Positions 1 through 9,230 of a stretch of 64,000 nucleotides of DNA are shown piece by piece. How positions within the stretch are numbered: position 1 is the stretch's first letter; each line of letters starts with the position of its first letter. This DNA comes from Alkalispirochaeta sp. (lineage in GTDB: Bacteria > Spirochaetota > Spirochaetia > DSM-27196 > Alkalispirochaetaceae), in contig OZ271854.1 in NCBI GenBank assembly GCA_965601925.1, positions 288,001-352,000 on the forward strand, given 5' to 3'. The notes beneath the pieces were generated by a model. It was not told the DNA's origin, ran no database searches, and was given only the letters and a program-made list of their open reading frames with translations. The position numbers were made by a program, and so were the translations under genes.

Positions 1-3000
1 TTCCGAACTCGAGCGTATCGGCGTCCACGAGCACCACATCGGCGGCGCTAACCACGGTAACCGTCCCGCCGTCGGCGCCGTCATCGAAATTGTTTCCCCC
101 ATCGTTCAGAATCACGTCGGCGGCACCGGCGGTGAACGAGGCGGCTCCGTCGATCGCAAGTGCGCCGCTGTCGGTGATGTCGTGTCCGCCGAGGCCGCCG
201 CCGGTAACGCTCAAGGTGCCGTTGATATCGGAGGTGCCCAAATCGATGCCGTTGGTATCGAACAACGTGACGTTGTCGGCGCTGGTAATCGCGATCGTCG
301 CGAAATCGTTGGCGCCGTTATTCAGTGTGACGTCGGCCGCACCGGCGATGATCGTCGCAGTAGCGCCGATGATCAATGTGCCGGTGTCGGTGATATCGTG
401 ACCGACCGCACCGCCGCCGGTTAGCGTCAACGAGCCGAGTGTACCGCTGTCGAACGCCGTACCGTCGGGATCGCCCACGGTAAATCCGGTCGCGTCCCGA
501 TACGCGACGACGCTGTTTACAAACGCGGTGGGCACTGTCGCGTCGACGGCGCGCACGCTTACCGTGATAAAGTCGTTGGCGGGATCGTTCAGCGTGAGAT
601 TGTTCCCGGCACCTATCGTCTGTGCCAGGAGTTCGCCCCCGGAGATGAATGCCGTCTGGACGATACCTCCACCGGCGGCGCTCAAAAAGACCGTACCCGC
701 ACCGGTGTTCTGGACGGTGTGGTTAATGGAGAGCTGGCCCGCCCCGGTTATCAGCGATAGTGTGCCGGTCGAGGTACTGAGCGCGGCTGCGGTCGAGAGC
801 GTCGCGCCGCTTTCTAAGTATAGATCGGCGGTGCCGGTGTCGATTGTCGCCGCCGGTAGCGTCAGGGCGCCGCTTGCGACGACACGCAGCGGCGTATCGG
901 CGGCGAGATTGGTCGCATTTATGGTAAGCGGTCCGGTGTGGTTGATGAATGCTCCCGCCGGTTGTCCCGCCGCCGCGGCGCCGAGGGAGAGCGTAGTAGG
1001 ATTTCCGTCGGTTTCGATCGGATTGGCAAGAGTCCCCACGGCTCCGCTACTTCCCGCAGCGGTCTGCAGGTTGATCGTGTCGGCACGTAAGAAACCGCCG
1101 GCGTCCACGACGCCTCCCGCCCCCGTATCGATGTCGATTCGATTGATCGCGGCATCTCCCGCTCCGGTATCGATGTCGGCTCCGATCGTCACCGCCCCGG
1201 CGTTGTTGATATCCACGTCGGACGCGGCGTTCTGCGTGATTCCGCCGATTATTAGGGCGACGGTGTTGTTGAACTGAATGTTCGCGACTGCAGTGTTGGT
1301 CGCCGTAAAGGTGCCGACGGCGTGCGCCTCGTCCAGGGTGACGGCGCCGACGGAGGTTACGTCCAAGGTACCGGCGGTAATGCCGGTGACGGCGTCGGTT
1401 ACCGCGCCGCCGGAGTTAACGGTGATGGTCGTTGCCGCCGCTCCGGTTCCACCGAGCACGATATCGTCGGTGTCGGTGACCGATGCGATTCCACCGCCGT
1501 TGACGACGACGGTCCCGAAATCGTTCGCCGCGGTATCGAGCGTGATGGTGTTTCCGCTCGACGAGAGCGTCGTCGTTCCGGTGACGGCCAACGCACCGGT
1601 GTCGTCCATAGTTCCATTGGATGTGAGGGTAAGGGTCGTAGCGGTTGCGCCGACGACGGTCATTGCGCTCCCCTCGACTACGCTCACCGTCGCGCCCGTT
1701 ACATCGAGACTCCCGAAGTCGGCGGTCGATGCGTCGCCGAGTGTTATGTTCGCCGCCCCGGCGCCGGCGGTAAAGGTCCCCAAACCGGTCACCGACACGT
1801 TGCCGCTGTCGGTGATCGCTCCGGTTGAACCCACCGTAAACGTTCCGTCGACGGTGGTCGCCGCCAGATCCACGCCGCTCGTGACGCCGGTCAATGCGAC
1901 ATTTCCCGTCGTGCCCCCGGTGGTCGTGTCGAAGGCGACGGTACCGGCGTAGCTACTCGCTCCGTCCAACGTGATATCCGCCGCCGCGCCGGTGATAAAC
2001 GTCGCGTTGCCGCCGATGGTGACGGCGCCGCCGTCGGTGAGGGCACCGTCGGCGGTGATCGACAGATTCCCGTTAATGTTGAGCCCCGCTTGTATCACGA
2101 AGGGACTCGCGTCGTCGATCGCAATATCCGCAATCGTCCCGGCGCTTGAGAAGGTCACCGCCCCGGTGAAGTCGTTGGTCGCGGTATCAAGAACTATCGA
2201 TTGCGTGTCGGCAACGGTGAGCTGCGTCGCACCGCCCACGGTGATCTGGCCGCTGTCGGCAATATCTCCGGCGACGGCCGTCGCGTCGAGGTTCCCGGTC
2301 ACCGCCGTGAGACCGAAATCGATTGCTGCGTTCTCGAACACCGTTACGTCGGTACCGTCGAGCTGCAACGTGCCGAAGGTGTTGCTGTACGGAGCGCCGT
2401 CGTCATCGATGGTTATCGTGGTCGTCGCATCCAACGTCGTGACGCCGCCGATTGTCAGCGTACCCGAATCGGTGATCGTCCCACCGCTGGTAACGTTCAG
2501 GGCGCCGGTAGCTGAAAGCGCCGCCAGGTCGATGTCGGTGTCGCTGACCACGGTGACGTTGTCGAGATTGGCCCCGGCGAACGTAATCGTACCGGTCAGT
2601 GTGTTGGCCGCCGAGTCCAGCGTAACGTCCACCGCCGCACCGTCGTTCAGCGTGAACGAGGAGGTCCCGTCGACGTCCACCGCACCCGAGTCGGTCAGTG
2701 CCCCGACACCGACTATCACGGAGAGATTTCCCGTTATGGCGATCGCGCCGAGATCAAGGGCGTTCGCATCGACCAGCGTTGCGTCGACGGCGCTCGCAAT
2801 CGACACCGCCCCCCCGTTTGCGTCGGCGTCGAAGTTATTGGCCGCTTCGTCCAGGACGACGTTTGCGGCGCCGGCGGTGAGCGTCGTGGTACCGTCTACC
2901 GAGAGGGCGCCGCTGTCGGTGATATTGTGTCCCGCCGCACCGCCGCCCTGGACCACCAAATTACCGCTAATCGTGGAGGGTCCCAACACGATGGCGTCGA

Positions 3001-6000
3001 CGTCCCTTAGCGTAACGTTGGCGGCGCTGGTAGTGGTGACCGTCGTGAAATCGTTGGCGGCGTTATTCAGCGCGATATCGTTCGCCGCACCGACATCGAT
3101 CGTCGTGGCGCCGGTGACGGACAGTATGACGGTCGCCGCGACGGTCGCCGGGCCGCCGTTTCCGATTGCGGCCGTTCCGGTTGCAGTCACCGCAACCGCT
3201 GCTCCGCTATTGGCCAACGCGCCGTTCACCGCGACGTCGACGGTACCGATCGCGTTCCCGTTCATGTCGAGCGTACCGGCGGAGACGGTCAACGTGTCGT
3301 TCACCGTCCATACTCCGCCGAGGGAGGTGTTGGCCGCGACGGTGACGTTCGTGAACGTGTACGCGTTTACCGTCGAGCCCGGCGTATTGTCGAACGTGAC
3401 CGTTCCGGCGGTACCGTTGAGATTGAACGTCGTAACCGTGAGGTTGCCGCCGATCGCCGTCGTTGCGGACGACTCGGTAAAAGACCCCGCTCCGGTGACG
3501 TTACCGTCGATATCGATCGCGCCGGCACTTCCGGTTAACGCACCGGCGACGGCGACGTTGCCGCCGACTGCGAGATCGTGACCGTTGGTATCGAGGGTGT
3601 CACCGACGTTGATGGTGAGATCCCCACCGATCGCCCAGTTTCCGGCCAGGGTAGTGTCGGCATCGATGATCAGGTTATTGAAACTGTAAACACCGGCCGC
3701 ACCGACCGACGAGGGGCCGGCGGTGTCGAAGGTGACGGTTCCACCGTTTGCAGAGACCGTCGCGACGGTGAGATCGCCGCCGATCGCGGTCGTCGTCGAG
3801 GACTCGGTGAATGCGCCCGCGCCGGTGACGCTCCCGGCGATATCGATCGCTCCCGCACCCCCGATGAAGGCGGTCCCGACGGCTACGTCGGCCGGAATGG
3901 TGATCGCACCGCCGCCGCCGTTGAGCGTGGCGATCGATACGTTTCCACTGAGGGTCGCCGAGCCCGCACCGAGGGTCAGCGTACCGGTACCACCGGCCAC
4001 ACCGCCGACGGCGACCGTGTTACCGCCTCCCTGTCCGGAGGCGTCGAGGATTCCTCCAACCGATAGCGCCCCGGACACCGAGAGATCGTTAGCGGCGGTG
4101 GCAAAGGTGCCGCTGGTGACAGCCAGGTCGTTGTTGACGGTGATGTTCGCCGCCGCGTTCCAGGGCCCCGCGCCGTCAAACTCCAGATCGAAATACGCCG
4201 TACCGAGAAGAAGCCCGCCGCTCCCGCTGTAGCGCACCGCCCCGCTGTCGGTGTTCAGCGTTGCGGTCACCGTTTGGGAACCGTCCAAGGCGATCGTGCC
4301 GATGTTGGTGAGCGCGTCCGACACCGTAAGATTCTGATTCGCCATGTCCAACGTCGCGCCGGCGTTGACGGTGAGATTGCGCACGATCAGCGCGGTGTCG
4401 GCCACCGGCGCCGGGGTAGCGTTGGGAATTATGACGCTGTCGTTCGCCGCCGGATTGCCGTTCGGCGACCAGTTTGTGGCGACGCTCGTGTCGGGCGTCA
4501 CGCCGGCCCATGTGTACGTCGTACCCAAAAAGGTCCAGGCGGTGTTCGAACCCTCACCGGTTGAAGAGTACGCCGTCAGTGCCACGCTTGCAGTACTCTC
4601 CTCAACCGTAGCGAACTGCACCGTGACGCTTCCCGTAGCGTTAATCGTCCAAGCGGCTCCACCGGTCGGTCGTAATTCCACGTTGTTACCCGAGACGCCG
4701 GTTATCGTAAAGGCGCCGGTAACGTTCGTCGTCTCCCCGCTCGTGAAGCGGACGACCTTCCCCGGTGTATCGACGGTAAGATTATTAAACGTTGTGGCTC
4801 CCGATACGACCGACGTGCCGCCGCCGTCGAACGCGACGGTGCCGCTACCGGCCGTGAACGTCCCGGCGCGCGTCCAATCGCCCTCTACGGTGATCGTGAA
4901 AGTGCTCGCGTCTAAGGTACCGGCGGAGATCGAAAGGTCACCGTTCACGTCGAGATCGGCGTCGAGGGTGTAGGTGCCGGTAGAGCTGATCTCCAGATCG
5001 TGGTACTGGTTGCCGATCGCAAGACCGGTCACGGTGGCGCCGGTGTACTCGATCGTGCCGCTGTCGACGTCGAACGGCCCGCCCGCGTTGAGCCCCGTGC
5101 CTTGCGCGACGGTGCCGTCCAGGAGCAGACGCCCCTCGTTGGAAGAGGTTCCGTTGACCGTCAAGGCGTTAGCACCCAGGTCCAACTGCGCACCCGACCC
5201 GATCGTGAGATCGTTGATGCCCTCGTTGCCGGTCAAAATGACGGGATAGCCCGCGCCGTCCCCGGGGAGGACGACGTTGTGCGTGGCCATGTTCGGAAAG
5301 CCGTCGTCTCCCGGCGTTGGGTCCCCCACGTCCCAGTTCCCTTGAACGTTCCAATCGGAGTCCGTGGCGCCGGTCCAGGTGTAGGTGACGGCAGTGTCCT
5401 GAACGACGATGAGGGCCGAGTCGGTCACCTCCGCGATGGTGTCGCCGTCAAACGAAAACTCGAGAAAGAAGTTGGTATCGCTGTCGCCGACCGTGTCCAG
5501 CAGCAGACCGTCGATCGTGATCGAGTCGGGCGTCGCGGTATCGAAGTCGGAGGCGATATCGATCACGGCCGTTTTGTTGCCGTTCTCATATCGCAGCGTC
5601 CCGGTGTAGCCGGCGGCGGGCGTGCCGTCGACCACCGTTTGATCGTCATCGACGGCACCGCCCCCGCCGCCGTTCGTTACCGTCAAGGTTACACTCGCCG
5701 CCGTGTCGAAGGTAACCGCCGCGCTCGTCGGGATCGTGATCCTGATATCGTCGGCGGCGGTGATACTGGGCGTGCTTCCCGCCTCGGTGATGGTAATAAT
5801 AGCGATCGGCTGGTCGATCGCCCCCTCATTGAACGCCGTTCCCGACGCGGATGAGGCGGTCGGCGGAGCATCGGCGATAAACACGACTTGAGGGGCGTCG
5901 TTTACGCCGAGCGTTCCACTTACCGGCAGTCGATCGGTCGTCGTCGGTCCCGGAAGGGCGGCGGTGACGCCGTCGGTGGTTACCGTCAGGGTACTCGTCT

Positions 6001-7312
6001 CCGCGACGGCGTTGGTCACCTCGACCCACGCGAGGCCGTCGGAGTTGGTAGAGATCGTGCGCTCGGTCACGCCGAGCGGTCCGGCCTCGTCGCTGGTGGC
6101 GTCGATCGTCGCCGAGCCGTCAATCGAGACGTAGACGGTGCGAACCGCCGGCGCCGGATCGCCCGATGGGTCCACCAACTGGAGTAGGATGCGCTCCACG
6201 GCGCCGACGACCGTCGTTCCGTCGGCCGGCGTAGCGGTTACGCGCTCCGGCTCCTCCGGAAAGTACTCCGCGGCGTAGGCTCGGAAGAGTGACGACCAGA
6301 GCACGCCCACTGCAGCGCCCTGACCGAACCATACCTCGACCGGGTTCTGCGCCGGACCGTTGCCGTCGGTCGTGATCCGCAGGCGCCACGTACCGTTAAC
6401 GGCACCTCCGATCGGATGTTCGGAGAGCGTGATCGCATCGTTTCCCTGTGTAGCGTTTGCCGCATTTAAGACATCGAACGTGGTGCCCTCGCCGGATGTA
6501 TCTACGTCGCCGTCGATCAGGGCGCCGGTGGTATCGAAGAGCTCGGGGCCGGTCGCAGTTTCGCCGTTGTCGAAGTCCCACGTAAAGACTTGAATGTTGC
6601 CCGTCGCGTCCTCGGGCACGAAGGGATAGAGGTCGAACGTCACCCCCGCGCTTTGGGAAAACATCGGTGTCCATGTGTAGGCGAAGGCGCGCACGTCCGG
6701 GATACTCGCGGGCGAGCCGGAGGCGGTACCCCAAGCGTTACCGTAGTTCGTGCTGGAGACGTCCAGCCGGTACCCGTTTCGGTCGCCGGTGGCGGTGACC
6801 ACCATCTTGAAGAAATAGAAATTTCCGATCCGTTCGCCCTGGCTCGGCGCCACGCCCGGCATATAGGTCCACGCTTGGTTCAGGTCCGTCTCTGTAGCGT
6901 CCGCGGTCCGGCTAACGAGCAACGTTCCGGTGTTAGGGTTTTTTCCGACCTCATCGGTATAACTTGCGGCAATGGTGGCCGGGTCGCTTAGCGCGCCGGG
7001 ACCACCGTAAAGGCTGAAGGTTGTCGGAGTGTCCGTACCGGTGTCGGGAAACGCAGCGGCCCCGGAATCTGCATCAAACACACCGAAGTACAGCGTGTCG
7101 GTCACGCCCACCGGCACCTGAAAAAAGACGACGGTTGTCGCGTCTCGGTCTCCGACCGTCTGGTTACCCGCTATGGCTAAATAATTTCCCGGTTCCGCCG
7201 GTATTCGGCTCTGTGCCGACGCCTCCCCGGCCCCGACGAGGGTCAACGCGAGAGCCGTTACACAGAGAGTCGAGATATAGTTTCTACGTCGATCAACGCG
7301 ACATTTTGACAT
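1..7312 (-). CDS. Giant secreted repetitive surface protein/adhesin-like (Ig-like domains + beta-helix repeats), 3'-truncated by window edge, >=2,437 aa
   Basis: ATG at 7312 (AAGGAG 14 nt upstream). N-terminus MSKCRVDRRRNYISTLCVTALALTLVGAGEASA|Q is a Sec signal peptide. Motifs YTWxG (5375, 4508), I(T/A)D(S/T)G (2912, 2687, 2465, 2252, 1805, 383, 167) and the last codons (...VVSAADVVLVDADTLEFG) all lie in the same frame. Its absence from the ORF track is consistent with there being no stop codon inside the window; I spot-checked rather than translated every codon. Confidence 0.9.
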   Translation of the reverse strand, partial: MSKCRVDRRRNYISTLCVTALALTLVGAGEASAQSRIPAEPGNYLAIAGNQTVGDRDATTVVFFQVPVGVTDTLYFGVFDADSGAAAFPDTGTDTPTTFSLYGGPGALSDPATIAASYTDEVGKNPNTGTLLVSRTADATETDLNQAWTYMPGVAPSQGERIGNFYFFKMVVTATGDRNGYRLDVSSTNYGNAWGTASGSPASIPDVRAFAYTWTPMFSQSAGVTFDLYPFVPEDATGNIQVFTWDFDNGETATGPELFDTTGALIDGDVDTSGEGTTFDVLNAANATQGNDAITLSEHPIGGAVNGTWRLRITTDGNGPAQNPVEVWFGQGAAVGVLWSSLFRAYAAEYFPEEPERVTATPADGTTVVGAVERILLQLVDPSGDPAPAVRTVYVSIDGSATIDATSDEAGPLGVTERTISTNSDGLAWVEVTNAVAETSTLTVTTDGVTAALPGPTTTDRLPVSGTLGVNDAPQVVFIADAPPTASSASGTAFNEGAIDQPIAIITITEAGSTPSITAADDIRITIPTSAAVTFDTAASVTLTVTNGGGGGAVDDDQTVVDGTPAAGYTGTLRYENGNKTAVIDIASDFDTATPDSITIDGLLLDTVGDSDTNFFLEFSFDGDTIAEVTDSALIVVQDTAVTYTWTGATDSDWNVQGNWDVGDPTPGDDGFPNMATHNVVLPGDGAGYPVILTGNEGINDLTIGSGAQLDLGANALTVNGTSSNEGRLLLDGTVAQGTGLNAGGPFDVDSGTIEYTGATVTGLAIGNQYHDLEISSTGTYTLDADLDVNGDLSISAGTLDASTFTITVEGDWTRAGTFTAGSGTVAFDGGGTSVVSGATTFNNLTVDTPGKVVRFTSGETTNVTGAFTITGVSGNNVELRPTGGAAWTINATGSVTVQFATVEESTASVALTAYSSTGEGSNTAWTFLGTTYTWAGVTPDTSVATNWSPNGNPAANDSVIIPNATPAPVADTALIVRNLTVNAGATLDMANQNLTVSDALTNIGTIALDGSQTVTATLNTDSGAVRYSGSGGLLLGTAYFDLEFDGAGPWNAAANITVNNDLAVTSGTFATAANDLSVSGALSVGGILDASGQGGGNTVAVGGVAGGTGTLTLGAGSATLSGNVSIATLNGGGGAITIPADVAVGTAFIGGAGAIDIAGSVTGAGAFTESSTTTAIGGDLTVATVSANGGTVTFDTAGPSSVGAAGVYSFNNLIIDADTTLAGNWAIGGDLTINVGDTLDTNGHDLAVGGNVAVAGALTGSAGAIDIDGNVTGAGSFTESSATTAIGGNLTVTTFNLNGTAGTVTFDNTPGSTVNAYTFTNVTVAANTSLGGVWTVNDTLTVSAGTLDMNGNAIGTVDVAVNGALANSGAAVAVTATGTAAIGNGGPATVAATVILSVTGATTIDVGAANDIALNNAANDFTTVTTTSAANVTLRDVDAIVLGPSTISGNLVVQGGGAAGHNITDSGALSVDGTTTLTAGAANVVLDEAANNFDADANGGAVSIASAVDATLVDANALDLGAIAITGNLSVIVGVGALTDSGAVDVDGTSSFTLNDGAAVDVTLDSAANTLTGTITFAGANLDNVTVVSDTDIDLAALSATGALNVTSGGTITDSGTLTIGGVTTLDATTTITIDDDGAPYSNTFGTLQLDGTDVTVFENAAIDFGLTAVTGNLDATAVAGDIADSGQITVGGATQLTVADTQSIVLDTATNDFTGAVTFSSAGTIADIAIDDASPFVIQAGLNINGNLSITADGALTDGGAVTIGGNATFITGAAADITLDGASSYAGTVAFDTTTGGTTGNVALTGVTSGVDLAATTVDGTFTVGSTGAITDSGNVSVTGLGTFTAGAGAANITLGDASTADFGSLDVTGATVSVVEGSAMTVVGATATTLTLTSNGTMDDTGALAVTGTTTLSSSGNTITLDTAANDFGTVVVNGGGIASVTDTDDIVLGGTGAAATTITVNSGGAVTDAVTGITAGTLDVTSVGAVTLDEAHAVGTFTATNTAVANIQFNNTVALIIGGITQNAASDVDINNAGAVTIGADIDTGAGDAAINRIDIDTGAGGVVDAGGFLRADTINLQTAAGSSGAVGTLANPIETDGNPTTLSLGAAAAGQPAGAFINHTGPLTINATNLAADTPLRVVASGALTLPAATIDTGTADLYLESGATLSTAAALSTSTGTLSLITGAGQLSINHTVQNTGAGTVFLSAAGGGIVQTAFISGGELLAQTIGAGNNLTLNDPANDFITVSVRAVDATVPTAFVNSVVAYRDATGFTVGDPDGTAFDSGTLGSLTLTGGGAVGHDITDTGTLIIGATATIIAGAADVTLNNGANDFATIAITSADNVTLFDTNGIDLGTSDINGTLSVTGGGLGGHDITDSGALAIDGAASFTAGAADVILNDGGNNFDDGADGGTVTVVSAADVVLVDADTLEFG
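167..3100 (-). repeat. Degenerate ~71-75-aa coding tandem repeats (ITDSG..L.V....T.......I.LD...N.F) in the giant protein
   Basis: ITDS-type motif spacings of 216 nt (167-383), 213 (2252-2465), 222 (2465-2687) and 225 (2687-2912). Confidence 0.8.
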
Positions 7313-7385
7313 AGTGGGCGGAGTGGCTCCTTGTACAGTGTTATACCCGTACCGTCATAAATATAGTACGCCTGACTCGCGACAT

Positions 7386-7967
7386 CTAACTTTCGCGATC
7401 CCGCCCCTTCTCGCCGTCATCCGCCTCGGCCTCAAGGCGCCTCATCTCCTCCACGACGTCGAACATATTGGGGACGCGTCGGCCCATCTCCGTCGATCCC
7501 TTACGCGCCTCGTTGGGTCGACGCAAGCGACGGATCTCCATGACGTCGGGTTCCCGTATACGCACTTCGCGGTAGCGTCCGGTCGGAAGGACGCGAGGCT
7601 GAGTAACGCGGCGATGAGTGACGAGTACGGAGTAGAGGTCGGTGAGGTCTCCCGACGTCTCACAGATCGTGTAGCGGTAATAACAGTCGCCCTCCTCGAG
7701 CACGGACCGAATCGCCGTATTCTGCGGAAGCGTCGGGTCGCTCTCGGCGCGAATCTCGTTGCGCAGTCCTCCGTACCACGCACGACCCATCTTGATGATG
7801 CGGGGGATTCGGGCGTTTTTCAGGTGGTAGAGCTCCCATATGCCCGAGACGGACGGAACCGCCGCGTTGATTTCCCATCGCGATACGGGCAACAGCGGCG
7901 ACCATGAGATACGAAAGTACGCCCGATCGCGCCTGACGATCTTCTCCACGCGCGGTTCGTCGGTCAC
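7386..7967 (-). CDS. Hypothetical protein, possible degenerate GIY-YIG-like fold
   Basis: GTG start with GGAG 5 nt upstream and a TATAAT at ~8031-8036 on the minus strand. Contains PSVSGIWELY...IKMGRAWYGGLRNEIR. Confidence 0.7.
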   Translation of the reverse strand: MTDEPRVEKIVRRDRAYFRISWSPLLPVSRWEINAAVPSVSGIWELYHLKNARIPRIIKMGRAWYGGLRNEIRAESDPTLPQNTAIRSVLEEGDCYYRYTICETSGDLTDLYSVLVTHRRVTQPRVLPTGRYREVRIREPDVMEIRRLRRPNEARKGSTEMGRRVPNMFDVVEEMRRLEAEADDGEKGRDRES

Positions 7968-8199
7968 GTAGGCTCCATGAATGAAAGGGTATTCGGGCGG
8001 CTACATCGCGTTGGAAGGCGCATAGCGTTGATTATATCGCATACGACGCCGCTCCTTCACGGGTCGTGTAGCCGTCCCCCGGCGCGGCGGATGCGGCGGC
8101 GATGACCACACCGTCGGAAAAAAGGTGCGATGCCGCGTCCCTGAGGTAACGGCCGCAACGGCGCGGTCGTGCGCACATACTGTGAGCTAACGACACCGA

Positions 8200-9162
8200 T
8201 CACACGCCGACGGCGGCGATCATCCACATCAGGAGAAAACTCACGACGATACTGACGTTGACCATCGTGGTCGCCAGGCGCGAGTCGAGATTGAACTCGA
8301 CGCTGTACGGGATGACGGTCATACCGATCGGGAGGATGAACGCGATGGACAGAATATTGCGAAAGAGCTCGCCCGTACCGATAAGGGCGACGCTGGCCAA
8401 AGCGAAGAGGGCGCCGATTGCGTAGCGTAGTCCGAGTATCTTGAGGATAGCGGACCAGTCGCGCCGACGGATGTTCAGGGATTGAAAGATCCCCAACACC
8501 AAAAGCGCGAGGGCGCCGTTGGCGCCGGCTACGATATCGACACCTCGGCTCACGGCGCCGGGCAACTCCAATCCGAAAAGATTGAGCGCAATGGCGAAGA
8601 AGAATGCGATAATCGGCACAGAGGTACAGATCGTGTATGCGATGGCGCGCAGGGCGTCGCGGAGCGTCAGGTCCGCGGCGGCTCTCCCGGACGCCCGCAG
8701 GGCCATGGCGCTGAACCAACTCGCAACGACGTAGTTGACGCCCAACACGACAAAGCCGTTTCCCACATCGAAGACCGCCAACAGCTGAATCGCCTCCCCG
8801 CCCCACATCTCGTAGACGATCGGAAAGGCGAACAACCCATTGTTGAACCCCATGGCACAGATCGCAAAGAGCCCGCGCCGCGCCGGTGCGCTGCGTCGAA
8901 AGAGGAGCGTCACGACGGCGAAGGAGACGGCGCCGTGGGCCAGCGCCAACAGGGGCAAAAAGAGCAATGACGAGCGAAACTCGATTCCGGGTACCGTCTG
9001 CAGGATCACCGCCGGGAGCGTCACATTGATGACGATCCGCGCGATCGTACTCCCGTCTCGGCGATCAACGAGGCCGCGCCTTCTGAGGACATATCCGAGG
9101 GCGATGACCAGCACCGCCGAAAAGAAGATCGACTGTGGAGATACTGTGTCCATGAGGGCCAA
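8200..9162 (-). CDS. AEC (auxin efflux carrier) family transporter
   Basis: ~10 hydrophobic segments; motifs INVTLPAVI, GFNNGLFAFP, GALALLVLG, LP.GM..IPYS. Confidence 0.88.
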   Translation of the reverse strand: MALMDTVSPQSIFFSAVLVIALGYVLRRRGLVDRRDGSTIARIVINVTLPAVILQTVPGIEFRSSLLFLPLLALAHGAVSFAVVTLLFRRSAPARRGLFAICAMGFNNGLFAFPIVYEMWGGEAIQLLAVFDVGNGFVVLGVNYVVASWFSAMALRASGRAAADLTLRDALRAIAYTICTSVPIIAFFFAIALNLFGLELPGAVSRGVDIVAGANGALALLVLGIFQSLNIRRRDWSAILKILGLRYAIGALFALASVALIGTGELFRNILSIAFILPIGMTVIPYSVEFNLDSRLATTMVNVSIVVSFLLMWMIAAVGV

Positions 9163-9230
9163 TCATGGCAGCTCATCTCGATTGCGCCAAGCGGTCGGCG
9201 CACCAAGACCCGACGATTACGACGTGTGCG

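Noticed and set aside
167..3100. Periodic gctgtcggtgat-like motif as a possible CRISPR array
   Set aside because: Repeats are short, degenerate, spaced 213-225 nt apart and in coding frame, so they are protein repeats.
90..7314. Numerous long plus-strand ORFs (e.g. 528-1277, 1971-3581, 5000-5854)
   Set aside because: Antisense shadows of the giant minus-strand gene; P/V/S/A-rich with no motifs or RBS.
7968..8199. GC-rich hairpins upstream of the 7386-7967 gene as a riboswitch
   Set aside because: No known aptamer consensus recognised, and most of the pairings lie upstream of or across the likely -10 box.
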